In this document: piece after piece, positions 36,337 to 43,737 of the stretch
Layout: every line of letters begins with the position of its first letter
Numbering within the stretch: position 1 is the stretch's first letter
Source: Actinomycetota bacterium
GTDB taxonomy: Bacteria; Actinomycetota; Acidimicrobiia; Acidimicrobiales; JACCXE01
Length of the DNA: 53,008 bases
Direction: 5' to 3'
Assembly: GCA_041166285.1 (NCBI GenBank)
Contig: JBEEFR010000134.1
Coordinates: 1 to 53,008 of the forward strand
The notes under the pieces: model-generated
Database searches by the model: none
Told to the model about the DNA's origin: nothing
Seen by the model: the letters and a program-made list of their open reading frames with translations, nothing else
Program-made: the position numbers and the translations under genes

Positions 36337-37176
36337 CTAGATCCCGTAGATGTCACGCACGAGCGCGCGGAACTCTGCTGGTGCCATCGACGCGGCGGCG
36401 CCGCGCATGCCTTCGTTCGCCGCCGGCACCACGATGCGCAACGCGTCGGGCTCGTCGTGAATGACGCGCGCGACCGCCTCGGCGACCTCCTGCGGGTTGT
36501 CCTGCTGCGCCATCGAAGCGAGGTGTCGGTCACGCGCCGTGCGCGCACGGTCCGCGTACGGCGACGCGTCGCTGTGGGCCCGCAACGGCTGATCGGCAGT
36601 GATCATCATCGGCGTCTTGTACGCCGCGGGTTGCACGGTCACGACACGAATGCCGAAGGGCAACACCTCGCCGTGCAGCGATTCCGAGAACGCTTCGATC
36701 GCGGCTTTGCTGGCCGCATACGCGCCCATGAACGGCACCGCGATGAACGCGGCCATCGACGTCACGTTCACGATCGTGCCGCTCTGTTGCGCGCGCATCG
36801 CCGGCAGCACCGCACGCATGCAGCGCACGTATCCCATGATGTTGGTGTCGAAGATCTCGAGGATCTCGTCATCCGCGTGTTCCTCGAGCGGACCGAGGCG
36901 TCCGATCCCGGCATTGTTCATGAGCACGTCGATGCGACCGTGCTTCGCAAGGGTCCGTTCGACGCAGGCGCGCACCGACGCGTCGTCGGTCACGTCGAGT
37001 TGGTCGACTTCGAGCGCGAACCCTTCGGCCGCGGCTGCATCGTCGAGGACCTTGCGCTTGTCGAGGTTCCGCATCGTCGCGACAACCGTGTCGCCGCGAC
37101 GCGCCAGCTCGAGCGCGATGAGTTCACCAAAGCCGCTGCTCGACCCGGTAACGAGAACGACGCCCATAGGCGTCAC
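36337..37176 (-). CDS. SDR family oxidoreductase
   Basis: 279-aa ORF. TGSSSGFG cofactor loop, NNAG, YAASK (YxxxK). Confidence 0.9.
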   Translation of the reverse strand: MTPMGVVLVTGSSSGFGELIALELARRGDTVVATMRNLDKRKVLDDAAAAEGFALEVDQLDVTDDASVRACVERTLAKHGRIDVLMNNAGIGRLGPLEEHADDEILEIFDTNIMGYVRCMRAVLPAMRAQQSGTIVNVTSMAAFIAVPFMGAYAASKAAIEAFSESLHGEVLPFGIRVVTVQPAAYKTPMMITADQPLRAHSDASPYADRARTARDRHLASMAQQDNPQEVAEAVARVIHDEPDALRIVVPAANEGMRGAAASMAPAEFRALVRDIYGI

Positions 37177-37179
37177 GTT

Positions 37180-37581
37180 CTACTCCTGAACGAGTTCGAT
37201 GAGTGTGCCGAACGAACCCTTGGGGTGCACGAAGGCCACGGTCGTGCCACGCGACCCGGGCCGCGGCGCCTTGTCGATGCCGGTGCCGCCGGCGGCGATC
37301 ACCGCGTCGAGCGCGGCCGCGCAGTCGCTGACGCGGTAGCCGATGTGGTGCAGGCCCTCGCCGCGCTTCTCGAGCGCTTTGGCGACCGGAGAGTCGGGCC
37401 GCGTCGGCGTCAGCAACTGCACGTAGCTCTCCGCCACCTTCAGCAGTGCCTCTTCGACGCCGTCGGACTCGACGGTCTCGCGGTGCTCAACGGTCGCGCC
37501 GAACGCGTCGTTGTAGTACTTGATCGCCGCTTCGAGATCGTTGACGGCGATGGCGACATGATCGATTTCGGTCAGCAGCAT
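37180..37581 (-). CDS. mce: Methylmalonyl-/ethylmalonyl-CoA epimerase (VOC family)
   Basis: 133-aa ORF. IDHVAIAV, HHIGYRV, FVHPKGSFGTLIELV. Confidence 0.8.
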   Translation of the reverse strand: MLLTEIDHVAIAVNDLEAAIKYYNDAFGATVEHRETVESDGVEEALLKVAESYVQLLTPTRPDSPVAKALEKRGEGLHHIGYRVSDCAAALDAVIAAGGTGIDKAPRPGSRGTTVAFVHPKGSFGTLIELVQE

Positions 37582-38745
37582 CTACAGCAGTCCCTTCACG
37601 GAATCGGGCATGTCTTCGGCGATGCGGATGATCGGGATTCCCGTCTGCGTGTTGTCGTGCATCTCCTTGAAGCAGCGCGGGAGATCTTCGAACGCGTAGA
37701 TCTCCTTGTGCACCGTCGGACGGAACACCTTGCCGTACAGCTCAGTGGCGGCTTCGCACCCGAGCAGCGTCTCGTAGTGCGTGTGGTCGATCGTGACTTG
37801 CTTCACCGACATCACCGTCGAGTTGTAGGTGACGACTTGGCTGAGCTGCCAACCCGCCGACACGTTGACGCCCATGCGCGCCGCCACCGCGAGCCCCGCT
37901 TCGAACACCGGCCCGCGCAGCATGTCGCACACCGCGTGGAAGTCGTCGCCGCCGGTGATCTGACTGCAGTGCTTGCGGAACGCCTTGATGTCGTCCTTCG
38001 ACGCGAAGCGGTTGAACTGCTTCTGGTCGATGCCGACGATGCCCTGCTTCTCGAGAGCCTCGCGCCGCTCGGGCGAGCCCGAGCAGAAGTAGGCGTTGTG
38101 GCCCTCGGCCTTGGCGAGCTGCAGGAACAGTTCCGACACGCCACCGCCGAAACCGAGCACGTTGATGGTGGCCCGGCGCTCGACGGGGACCTTCACCCGG
38201 TAGATGCCGATGGCGCGGCGCCACAGGTGGTACGCCGTCGGCGCCCGCAGCGGCAACGCCGCCATCTCCCACAGGTTGAGCCCGCAGTCGAGCGGCGCCT
38301 TGATGAGCTGCCAGTCGCCGACGACGGCCTCCTCGCCGTACCAGCCGATCGACTCGGGCTGGTCGTACGCCCAGATGCGCAGCGGGAAGCCGTACTCGTC
38401 GGGCTCGCCGTTGCAGTGCGTGACGACGATGTCACCCGGCACGAACTTCGTGACGTTGCCGCCGACCTCGACGACCTCGCCGAGCGCCGAGTTGCCCGGA
38501 TAGATCTTGCCGCCACGCGCTTCGGCGATGTTGATGGTGTCGGCGAGCGCCGCGTGGTTGATGTTGTGCTCGGCGGACACGGCGAGCACCTTGAAGCGCA
38601 CATCGTTCGGCCCGACGTCGCGCAGGTCGAGCTTGTCGAGGTGCACGACATTGGTGATGTCCATGTCCTCGGTGTTGCCAGCGCGTTCCTTCTCGGCGGC
38701 GATGGCGTCAGTGGCGATTGCGTAAGCGCGAACGGTCTTTCCCAT
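37582..38745 (-). CDS. MDR-superfamily enoyl-thioester reductase, divergent Ccr-like
   Basis: 387-aa ORF. The order of blocks parallels crotonyl-CoA carboxylase/reductases (VLAVSAEHNINHAAL, GDIVVTHC, RIWAYDQPESIGWYGE, APTAYHLW), but it is shorter and the cofactor loop reads GFGGGVS. Confidence 0.55.
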   Translation of the reverse strand: MGKTVRAYAIATDAIAAEKERAGNTEDMDITNVVHLDKLDLRDVGPNDVRFKVLAVSAEHNINHAALADTINIAEARGGKIYPGNSALGEVVEVGGNVTKFVPGDIVVTHCNGEPDEYGFPLRIWAYDQPESIGWYGEEAVVGDWQLIKAPLDCGLNLWEMAALPLRAPTAYHLWRRAIGIYRVKVPVERRATINVLGFGGGVSELFLQLAKAEGHNAYFCSGSPERREALEKQGIVGIDQKQFNRFASKDDIKAFRKHCSQITGGDDFHAVCDMLRGPVFEAGLAVAARMGVNVSAGWQLSQVVTYNSTVMSVKQVTIDHTHYETLLGCEAATELYGKVFRPTVHKEIYAFEDLPRCFKEMHDNTQTGIPIIRIAEDMPDSVKGLL

Positions 38746-38758
38746 AAGTGGGACACGC

Positions 38759-38771
38759 TACCGGGCAGTAA
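38759..38771. promoter_or_regulatory. Operator-like 13-mer TACCGGGCAGTAA, copy 1
   Basis: Lies in the 66-nt divergent gap between the Ccr-like operon (ATG 38745, minus) and WS/DGAT (ATG 38812). An identical 13-mer is at 41483-41495. Confidence 0.4.
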
Positions 38772-38811
38772 CCGGGTCGTTCACTTCGAGTTCTCGGTAC
38801 CCTCGACGGCC

Positions 38812-40302
38812 ATGCAACAGCTAACGGGCTTGGATGCCACGTTCCTCTACGTGGAGACGGACAAGCAATTCGGACACGTCTCCGGCTTGTCGATTCTGCG
38901 GCGGCCGGACGACGACGCGTACTCGCCGTACGAGGCGTGGCGATCGAGCATCGCCGAACGCTTGCACCTGCTCGAGCCGCTGCGTCGTCGCCTCGTCGAG
39001 GTGCCGTTCGGCATCGACCACCCGTTCTGGATCGAAGACCCCGACTTCGACCTCGACTACCACGTGCGTCACACCGCGGTGCCGCCGCCCGGGGGCCCCG
39101 AACAACTGTCGAGCGTGATCGCCCGCATCATCGGCCGCCCGCTCGACCGTCACCACCCGCTTTGGGAGACCTACGTCATCGAGGGACTGCCGGAGGGACG
39201 CTTCGCCATCCTCACCAAGGTCCACCACGCCACCGTCGACGGCGCGTCCGGCGCCGAGCTGCTGACGATGATGCTCGACGACACGCCCGAGGGCAGCGAG
39301 ATCGCACCGCCGGACCACGAGTGGCGGCCCGAGGCGGCACCGTCGACGGGCGACGTACTGGCGCGCGCGGCGGTCAGCCTGGCGCGCAAGCCCGGTCGCT
39401 TCTTCCTGCTCGGGGCGCGCGCCGCGCGCGAACTCGGCGAGGCGACGCGTAACCCCGCGCTGGCGATGGCCGCCCGTCAGGTGCGCGCCCAGTTGCGCGG
39501 CCCGATCGGCACGTTGCTCAACCTCGGCCGCGAACGCGAAGAGGGGCTGGCCCGTCCGCCGGCGATGGCGAACCTGAGCGCGCCGCGCACGCCGTTCAAC
39601 GCCACGATCACGGCCCACCGACGGTTCGCGTTCCGCTCGTCGTCGCTCAACGACGTGAAGGCGGTGAAGAACGCCATCGGCGCGACCGTCAACGACGTCG
39701 TCATGGCGATGTGCGCCGGCGGCCTGCGCACGTACCTCGAGAACCACGACGTGCTGCCCGACGATCCGCTCGTCGCGATGGTCCCCGTGTCGATCCGCAC
39801 CGGTCTCGAAGAACACAAGTGGACCAACCGCGTCTCGGGCCTGCTCGCCGCGCTGCCGACCAACGAAGAGGACCCGCTCGAGCGAATCCGCCTTGTCCAC
39901 GAGGCGATGAACGAGGCCAAGGACCTGTTCATGGCCGTGCCCGCGGAAACGCTCACCGACTTCACGCAGTTCTCGCCGCCGGCAGTCTTCGCGCAGGCGA
40001 CCCGGCTGGCGACGCGTCTGCGTCTGGGCGAGCGGCTGAACCCCGCGGCGAACGTGACGGTCTCGAACGTCCCCGGCCCGCGCAACTCGCTGTACATGGC
40101 CGGCGCGGAGTTGCTGCACTACTACCCCGTCTCCACGATCCTCGACGGGCAGGGCCTCAACATCACCGTGCAGAGCTACCGCGACTCACTCGACTGGGGT
40201 CTCGTGAGTTGCCGCGAGCTCATTCCGGACCTTTGGGACCTGCTCGACAACATCATCGAGGAGCTGCCCGTGCTCGCCAAGGCGGCGGGCGTGAGCCTGT
40301 AG
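38812..40302 (+). CDS. Wax ester synthase/diacylglycerol acyltransferase (WS/DGAT)
   Basis: 496 codons from ATG 38812, in frame with the tail of the 1461-aa track ORF. Catalytic HHATVDGASG (HHxxxDG). Confidence 0.9.
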   Translation: MQQLTGLDATFLYVETDKQFGHVSGLSILRRPDDDAYSPYEAWRSSIAERLHLLEPLRRRLVEVPFGIDHPFWIEDPDFDLDYHVRHTAVPPPGGPEQLSSVIARIIGRPLDRHHPLWETYVIEGLPEGRFAILTKVHHATVDGASGAELLTMMLDDTPEGSEIAPPDHEWRPEAAPSTGDVLARAAVSLARKPGRFFLLGARAARELGEATRNPALAMAARQVRAQLRGPIGTLLNLGREREEGLARPPAMANLSAPRTPFNATITAHRRFAFRSSSLNDVKAVKNAIGATVNDVVMAMCAGGLRTYLENHDVLPDDPLVAMVPVSIRTGLEEHKWTNRVSGLLAALPTNEEDPLERIRLVHEAMNEAKDLFMAVPAETLTDFTQFSPPAVFAQATRLATRLRLGERLNPAANVTVSNVPGPRNSLYMAGAELLHYYPVSTILDGQGLNITVQSYRDSLDWGLVSCRELIPDLWDLLDNIIEELPVLAKAAGVSL

Positions 40303-40305
40303 CTC

Positions 40306-40719
40306 CTACACCGCGATGACCTCAATGAGGTCGTCGAGCGCGGCGAAGTCGTTCGGGTTCCGCGTAAACAACGGCAGCCCTTCGGCGAGTGCCGTGGCGG
40401 CGATCATGAGGTCGACTGCGCGCCCGCCGCGCGGCTTGCGCCCGGCCGCGGCGACAGCCGCGAACACCCGTCCATATGCGCGCGCCGCGTTCGCGCCGAA
40501 CGGGATCGGACTCGTTGCCGCCTCGAGCCGTTGCAACCGTTCTTGGCGTCGCGCCCGTTCGTTCGCGTCGGCGGTGGCGTGAGGTCCGGCAGCCAACTCG
40601 GCGAAGGTGAGCGCGCTGACGGCGGACTCGAGTGGCAATCGATCGGCCGCAACGTGCTCGAGATCGACGACAACGGAGGTGTCGAGCAGCCCGCGTGCGA
40701 CGCGCGGACGATCAGCCAC
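40306..40719 (-). CDS. vapC: PIN-domain toxin, VapC family
   Basis: 137-aa ORF. LLDTSVVV N-terminal acidic residue and C-terminal LFTRNPNDF pattern. Confidence 0.85.
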   Translation of the reverse strand: MADRPRVARGLLDTSVVVDLEHVAADRLPLESAVSALTFAELAAGPHATADANERARRQERLQRLEAATSPIPFGANAARAYGRVFAAVAAAGRKPRGGRAVDLMIAATALAEGLPLFTRNPNDFAALDDLIEVIAV

Positions 40720-40966
40720 GCGGGCGCGGGTCTTGCGAAGCGACCGCGTCGAGGTCGGCCCTCAGCTTGCCGAGGTCGACAGGCGCCGCAGAACGGAAGT
40801 CCGATTGCAGCGTCTCAGTAGGCACGAACCGTCGTTGGCGAAGCGGTAGTAACTCGCCGACGGGCACACCGTTGCGCGTGACCACGAACTCGTCGCCGTC
40901 GTCCAGCGCCCGCATGATTTCGCCGCTCTGGTTGCGCAGTTCGCGTTGGGTGATCTCCCGGCGCAC
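40712..40966 (-). CDS. vapB: Phd/YefM-type antitoxin (VapB)
   Basis: GTG 40966 gives (M)RREITQRELRNQSGEIMRALDDGDEFVVTRNGVPVGELLP, a canonical N-terminus for this antitoxin family. 8-nt overlap with vapC. The frame stays open upstream to GTG 41170. Confidence 0.65.
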   Translation of the reverse strand: MRREITQRELRNQSGEIMRALDDGDEFVVTRNGVPVGELLPLRQRRFVPTETLQSDFRSAAPVDLGKLRADLDAVASQDPRPRG

Positions 40967-41176
40967 GCCGGTACCGTAGCACGCCGTGCTACAAACGATC
41001 CCGGGCGGTTCTGGACCGCCGTAGTCGTCCTCGTCGTCCCACTCGTCGAATGGCTCGAATGGACGCGGTCCCGACTTCTGGAGCTCCGGACGCAGCGCAT
41101 CGATCCCTGTCCCGTGCTGATAGTGCAGTCGAAAGGTGCCCTCGGTCTTCGCAGGGTTGGACGCCCGCACGAATTG
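40967..41176 (-). other. Coding-like in-frame segment between TAA 41179-41177 and the vapB start
   Basis: 70 sense codons in the same frame as both the 75-aa ORF and vapB, with my hand count of GC3 about 75%. Contains the acidic stretch FEPFDEWDDEDDYGGPEPPG. Confidence 0.3.
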
Positions 41177-41404
41177 TTAGGTGCGACCGCGTTCGTCGAC
41201 GAACAGGTGTCGCCCGTTCGGCACGTAGCGGAAGGCGTACACAGTCGGCTTGGTTCCACGCGCGATCGCCTCGACGAACTCGAGGTCGGCAGGTTCGAAC
41301 CAGTTGACCTCGTCGTCGTATCGCAGCCCGGCTTTCAGTCGGGCGAGGACTTCGGTGAGGTCCGGGATCAGAACGGGAGGTTGCTGGAACTGCGCGTCGG
41401 TCAT
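41177..41404 (-). CDS. Hypothetical 75-aa protein
   Basis: ATG 41404 is preceded by AGGAG (41417-41413) with an 8-nt spacer. Hand-counted GC3 about 80%. Ends at a TAA that is in frame with the vapB reading frame. Confidence 0.5.
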   Translation of the reverse strand: MTDAQFQQPPVLIPDLTEVLARLKAGLRYDDEVNWFEPADLEFVEAIARGTKPTVYAFRYVPNGRHLFVDERGRT

Positions 41405-41482
41405 GGCGGTCGCTCCTAAGAAGGTGTGGGAGGACGGCGCGAGCCGACGATGCCTCCAGTATGCCGAGGGGGTGTAGCGAGT

Positions 41483-41495
41483 TACCGGGCAGTAA
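41483..41495. promoter_or_regulatory. Operator-like 13-mer TACCGGGCAGTAA, copy 2
   Basis: Lies 64 nt upstream of the thiolase ATG 41559. In this copy the flanks extend it to the imperfect palindrome TTAC-N6-GTAA. Confidence 0.4.
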
Positions 41496-41558
41496 TCCGC
41501 TAGCCCGGCGTTGTCTAAGCTGGCTCCCTACTTACACACGTCTTCTGGAGGTTGACCC

Positions 41559-42737
41559 ATGGCCGGGTCTGTGATCGTCGCTGGTGCTCGTACCCCGATC
41601 GGCAAGCTGTCTGGCGCGCTGGCATCGCTCACCGCGATGGACCTCGGTGGCATCGCCATCAAGGCCGCTCTGGAGCGTGCGGGCGTGACGCCCGACCGAG
41701 TGCAGTACGTCTTCATGGGGCAGGTGCTCCAGGCCGGCCAGGGCCAGAACCCGTCGCGCGTCGCCTCCGTCAACGCGGGCATCGGCATGGACGTGCCGAC
41801 CTCGACTATCAACAAGGTCTGCCTGTCGGGCCTCACCACGATCTACCTCGCTGACCTCATGATTCAGGCGGGCGAGGCCGACATCGTCGTCGCCGGCGGC
41901 ATGGAGTCGATGACCCAGGCGCCGCACCTGCTCGCCGGAGCGCGCGCCGGCTACAAGCTCGGCGACGGCAAGCTCGTCGACTCGATGATGCACGACGGTC
42001 TCACGTGTTCCTTCGACCAGTGCGCGATGGGTCTTGCGACCGAGCGCTACGCCGCCGGCAAGATCAGCCGCGACGCACAGGACGCGTTCTCGGCGAACTC
42101 GCACGAGCGCGCCGCGGCGGCGATGAAGGACGGCCGCTTCGACGCCGAAATCGTCAACGTCGAGATCCCCCAGCGCAAGGGCGACCCCGTCATCGTCGAC
42201 ACCGACGAAGGTGTGCGCCCCGGCACGACCGCCGAGAGCCTCGGTGGACTGCGTCCCGCCTTCGACAAGGAAGGCACGATCACCGCAGGTAACGCGTCGC
42301 AGATCTCCGACGGCGCCGCCGCGGTCATCGTCGTGAGCAAGGCCGTCGCCGAGAAGCTCGGCGTCGACCCCCTCGGCGAGATCCTCGCCTACGGCCAGGT
42401 CGCGGGCCCCGACCCGTCGCTGCTGACGCAGCCGGCGCGCGCCATCAAGCAGGCGCTCGGCAAGATCGACAAGCAGGTCACCGACGTCGACCTGTTCGAG
42501 CTCAACGAAGCGTTCGCCGCCGTCGGGCTGGCGTCGATGGAAGACCTCGGCATCACCGACGAGATCTGCAACGTCAACGGCGGTGCGATCGCTCTCGGTC
42601 ACCCGATCGGCGCCTCCGGCACCCGCGTCGCGCTGCACCTGCTCAACGAGCTGAAGCGTCGCGGTGGCGGCACTGGCGCGGCCGCCCTCTGCGGCGGTGG
42701 CGGCCAGGGCGACGCCATGATCCTGAAGACTCTCTAA
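41559..42737 (+). CDS. Acetyl-CoA C-acetyltransferase (thiolase)
   Basis: 392-aa ORF. GGAGG 7 nt upstream. Active-site NKVCLSGL and C-terminal CGGGGQG. Confidence 0.95.
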   Translation: MAGSVIVAGARTPIGKLSGALASLTAMDLGGIAIKAALERAGVTPDRVQYVFMGQVLQAGQGQNPSRVASVNAGIGMDVPTSTINKVCLSGLTTIYLADLMIQAGEADIVVAGGMESMTQAPHLLAGARAGYKLGDGKLVDSMMHDGLTCSFDQCAMGLATERYAAGKISRDAQDAFSANSHERAAAAMKDGRFDAEIVNVEIPQRKGDPVIVDTDEGVRPGTTAESLGGLRPAFDKEGTITAGNASQISDGAAAVIVVSKAVAEKLGVDPLGEILAYGQVAGPDPSLLTQPARAIKQALGKIDKQVTDVDLFELNEAFAAVGLASMEDLGITDEICNVNGGAIALGHPIGASGTRVALHLLNELKRRGGGTGAAALCGGGGQGDAMILKTL

Positions 42738-42740
42738 CGC

Positions 42741-42788
42741 ACTTTGTGTATCTGAGCGCACCCCGCCGAGCACTCAGATACACAAAGT
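42741..42788. terminator. 16-bp perfect inverted repeat between convergent thiolase and recR
   Basis: actttgtgtatctgag (42741-42756) pairs with ctcagatacacaaagt (42773-42788). The right arm abuts the recR stop codon. Confidence 0.65.
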
Positions 42789-43417
42789 CAGATGGTTTGG
42801 CGACCCTCCAGGGCGCGGCCGAGCGTGAGTTCGTCGGCGTATTCGAGGTCGCCGCCGACGGGGAGGCCTGACGCGATGCGCGTGACCTTCACGTCGGGGT
42901 GGCCTTCGCGCACTTCCTTGGCGACGTAGAGCGCGGTGGCTTCACCCTCGATGTTCGGGTTGGTGCAGACGATGATCTCGGTGATCTCCTCGGCGTCGAT
43001 GCGCTTGATCAACTCCGACAGACGCAGCTGATCACCGCCCACGCCGCGGATCGGATCGAGGTGTCCCTGCAGCACGTGGTAGCGGCCGCGGTAGCGGTTG
43101 GTCTTCTCGACGGCGACGACGTCCTTCGGCTCCTCGACGACGCACAGGATGTGTTCCTCGCGCCGCGGGTCCTGGCACAGTCCGCACTCGACCTCGTCGT
43201 TGCTGCCTGACCCGTCGGTCTCGGCGATGTCGAAGCACCGCCGACAGAACGTGATGCGGCGCTTCACCTCGTCGATGCTTTCGGACAGCCGCCGCGCGTC
43301 CTCTGCCGGCAGCCGGAGCAGGTGGTAGGCGATGCGCTGCGCGGACTTCGGCCCCACACCCGGGAGGCGACCGAGTTCGTCGATCAGCTGCTGGACCGAC
43401 TGGGCGTAAACCGACAC
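42788..43417 (-). CDS. recR: Recombination protein RecR
   Basis: 209-aa ORF with a GTG start. HhH LPGVGPKSAQRIA, Cys4 finger, Toprim. Confidence 0.95.
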   Translation of the reverse strand: MSVYAQSVQQLIDELGRLPGVGPKSAQRIAYHLLRLPAEDARRLSESIDEVKRRITFCRRCFDIAETDGSGSNDEVECGLCQDPRREEHILCVVEEPKDVVAVEKTNRYRGRYHVLQGHLDPIRGVGGDQLRLSELIKRIDAEEITEIIVCTNPNIEGEATALYVAKEVREGHPDVKVTRIASGLPVGGDLEYADELTLGRALEGRQTI

Positions 43418-43723
43418 CTAACCGAGGAGGCCAGTGAGCCCGGACAGCCCGCCGAGCGCGTCGGCGTTCAACTCCGTGACCTTCTCCGAGAGGTCGCGCA
43501 GCGCGGCGAGCACGAGATCTTCGAGCATCGACACGTCGCCGTCGGCCAGCACGTCGGGATCGATGCGCACGGACACGAACTCCATACCGCCCGTCGCCGT
43601 GATGCGCACGACGCCCCCGCCCGACTCGCCTTCGACTTCTTGCTCGGCGATCGCCGACTGCGCCTCGGCCAACTGCTGCTGCATCGCTTGCGCTTGCCTC
43701 AACAGTTCGCCCATGTCAGGCAT
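43418..43723 (-). CDS. ybaB: YbaB/EbfC family nucleoid-associated protein
   Basis: 101 codons from ATG 43723 inside track ORF 43418-44104. MPDMGELLRQAQAMQQQLAEAQ. Confidence 0.9.
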   Translation of the reverse strand: MPDMGELLRQAQAMQQQLAEAQSAIAEQEVEGESGGGVVRITATGGMEFVSVRIDPDVLADGDVSMLEDLVLAALRDLSEKVTELNADALGGLSGLTGLLG

Positions 43724-43737
43724 CTGCGGTGCGTCAC

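Noticed and set aside
35917-40302. 1461-aa plus-strand ORF, the longest in the track
   Set aside because: Only the last 496 codons (from ATG 38812) have a recognisable family (WS/DGAT, HHxxxDG). The upstream part runs antisense to four minus-strand genes with clear family motifs (serine hydrolase, SDR, epimerase, MDR). It is a stop-codon-poor artefact of high GC.
40946-41419. 157-aa plus-strand ORF across the vapB-upstream region
   Set aside because: It is antisense to the 75-aa gene, which has a strong AGGAG-N8-ATG, and to the coding-like vapB-frame segment. It has no start context or motifs.
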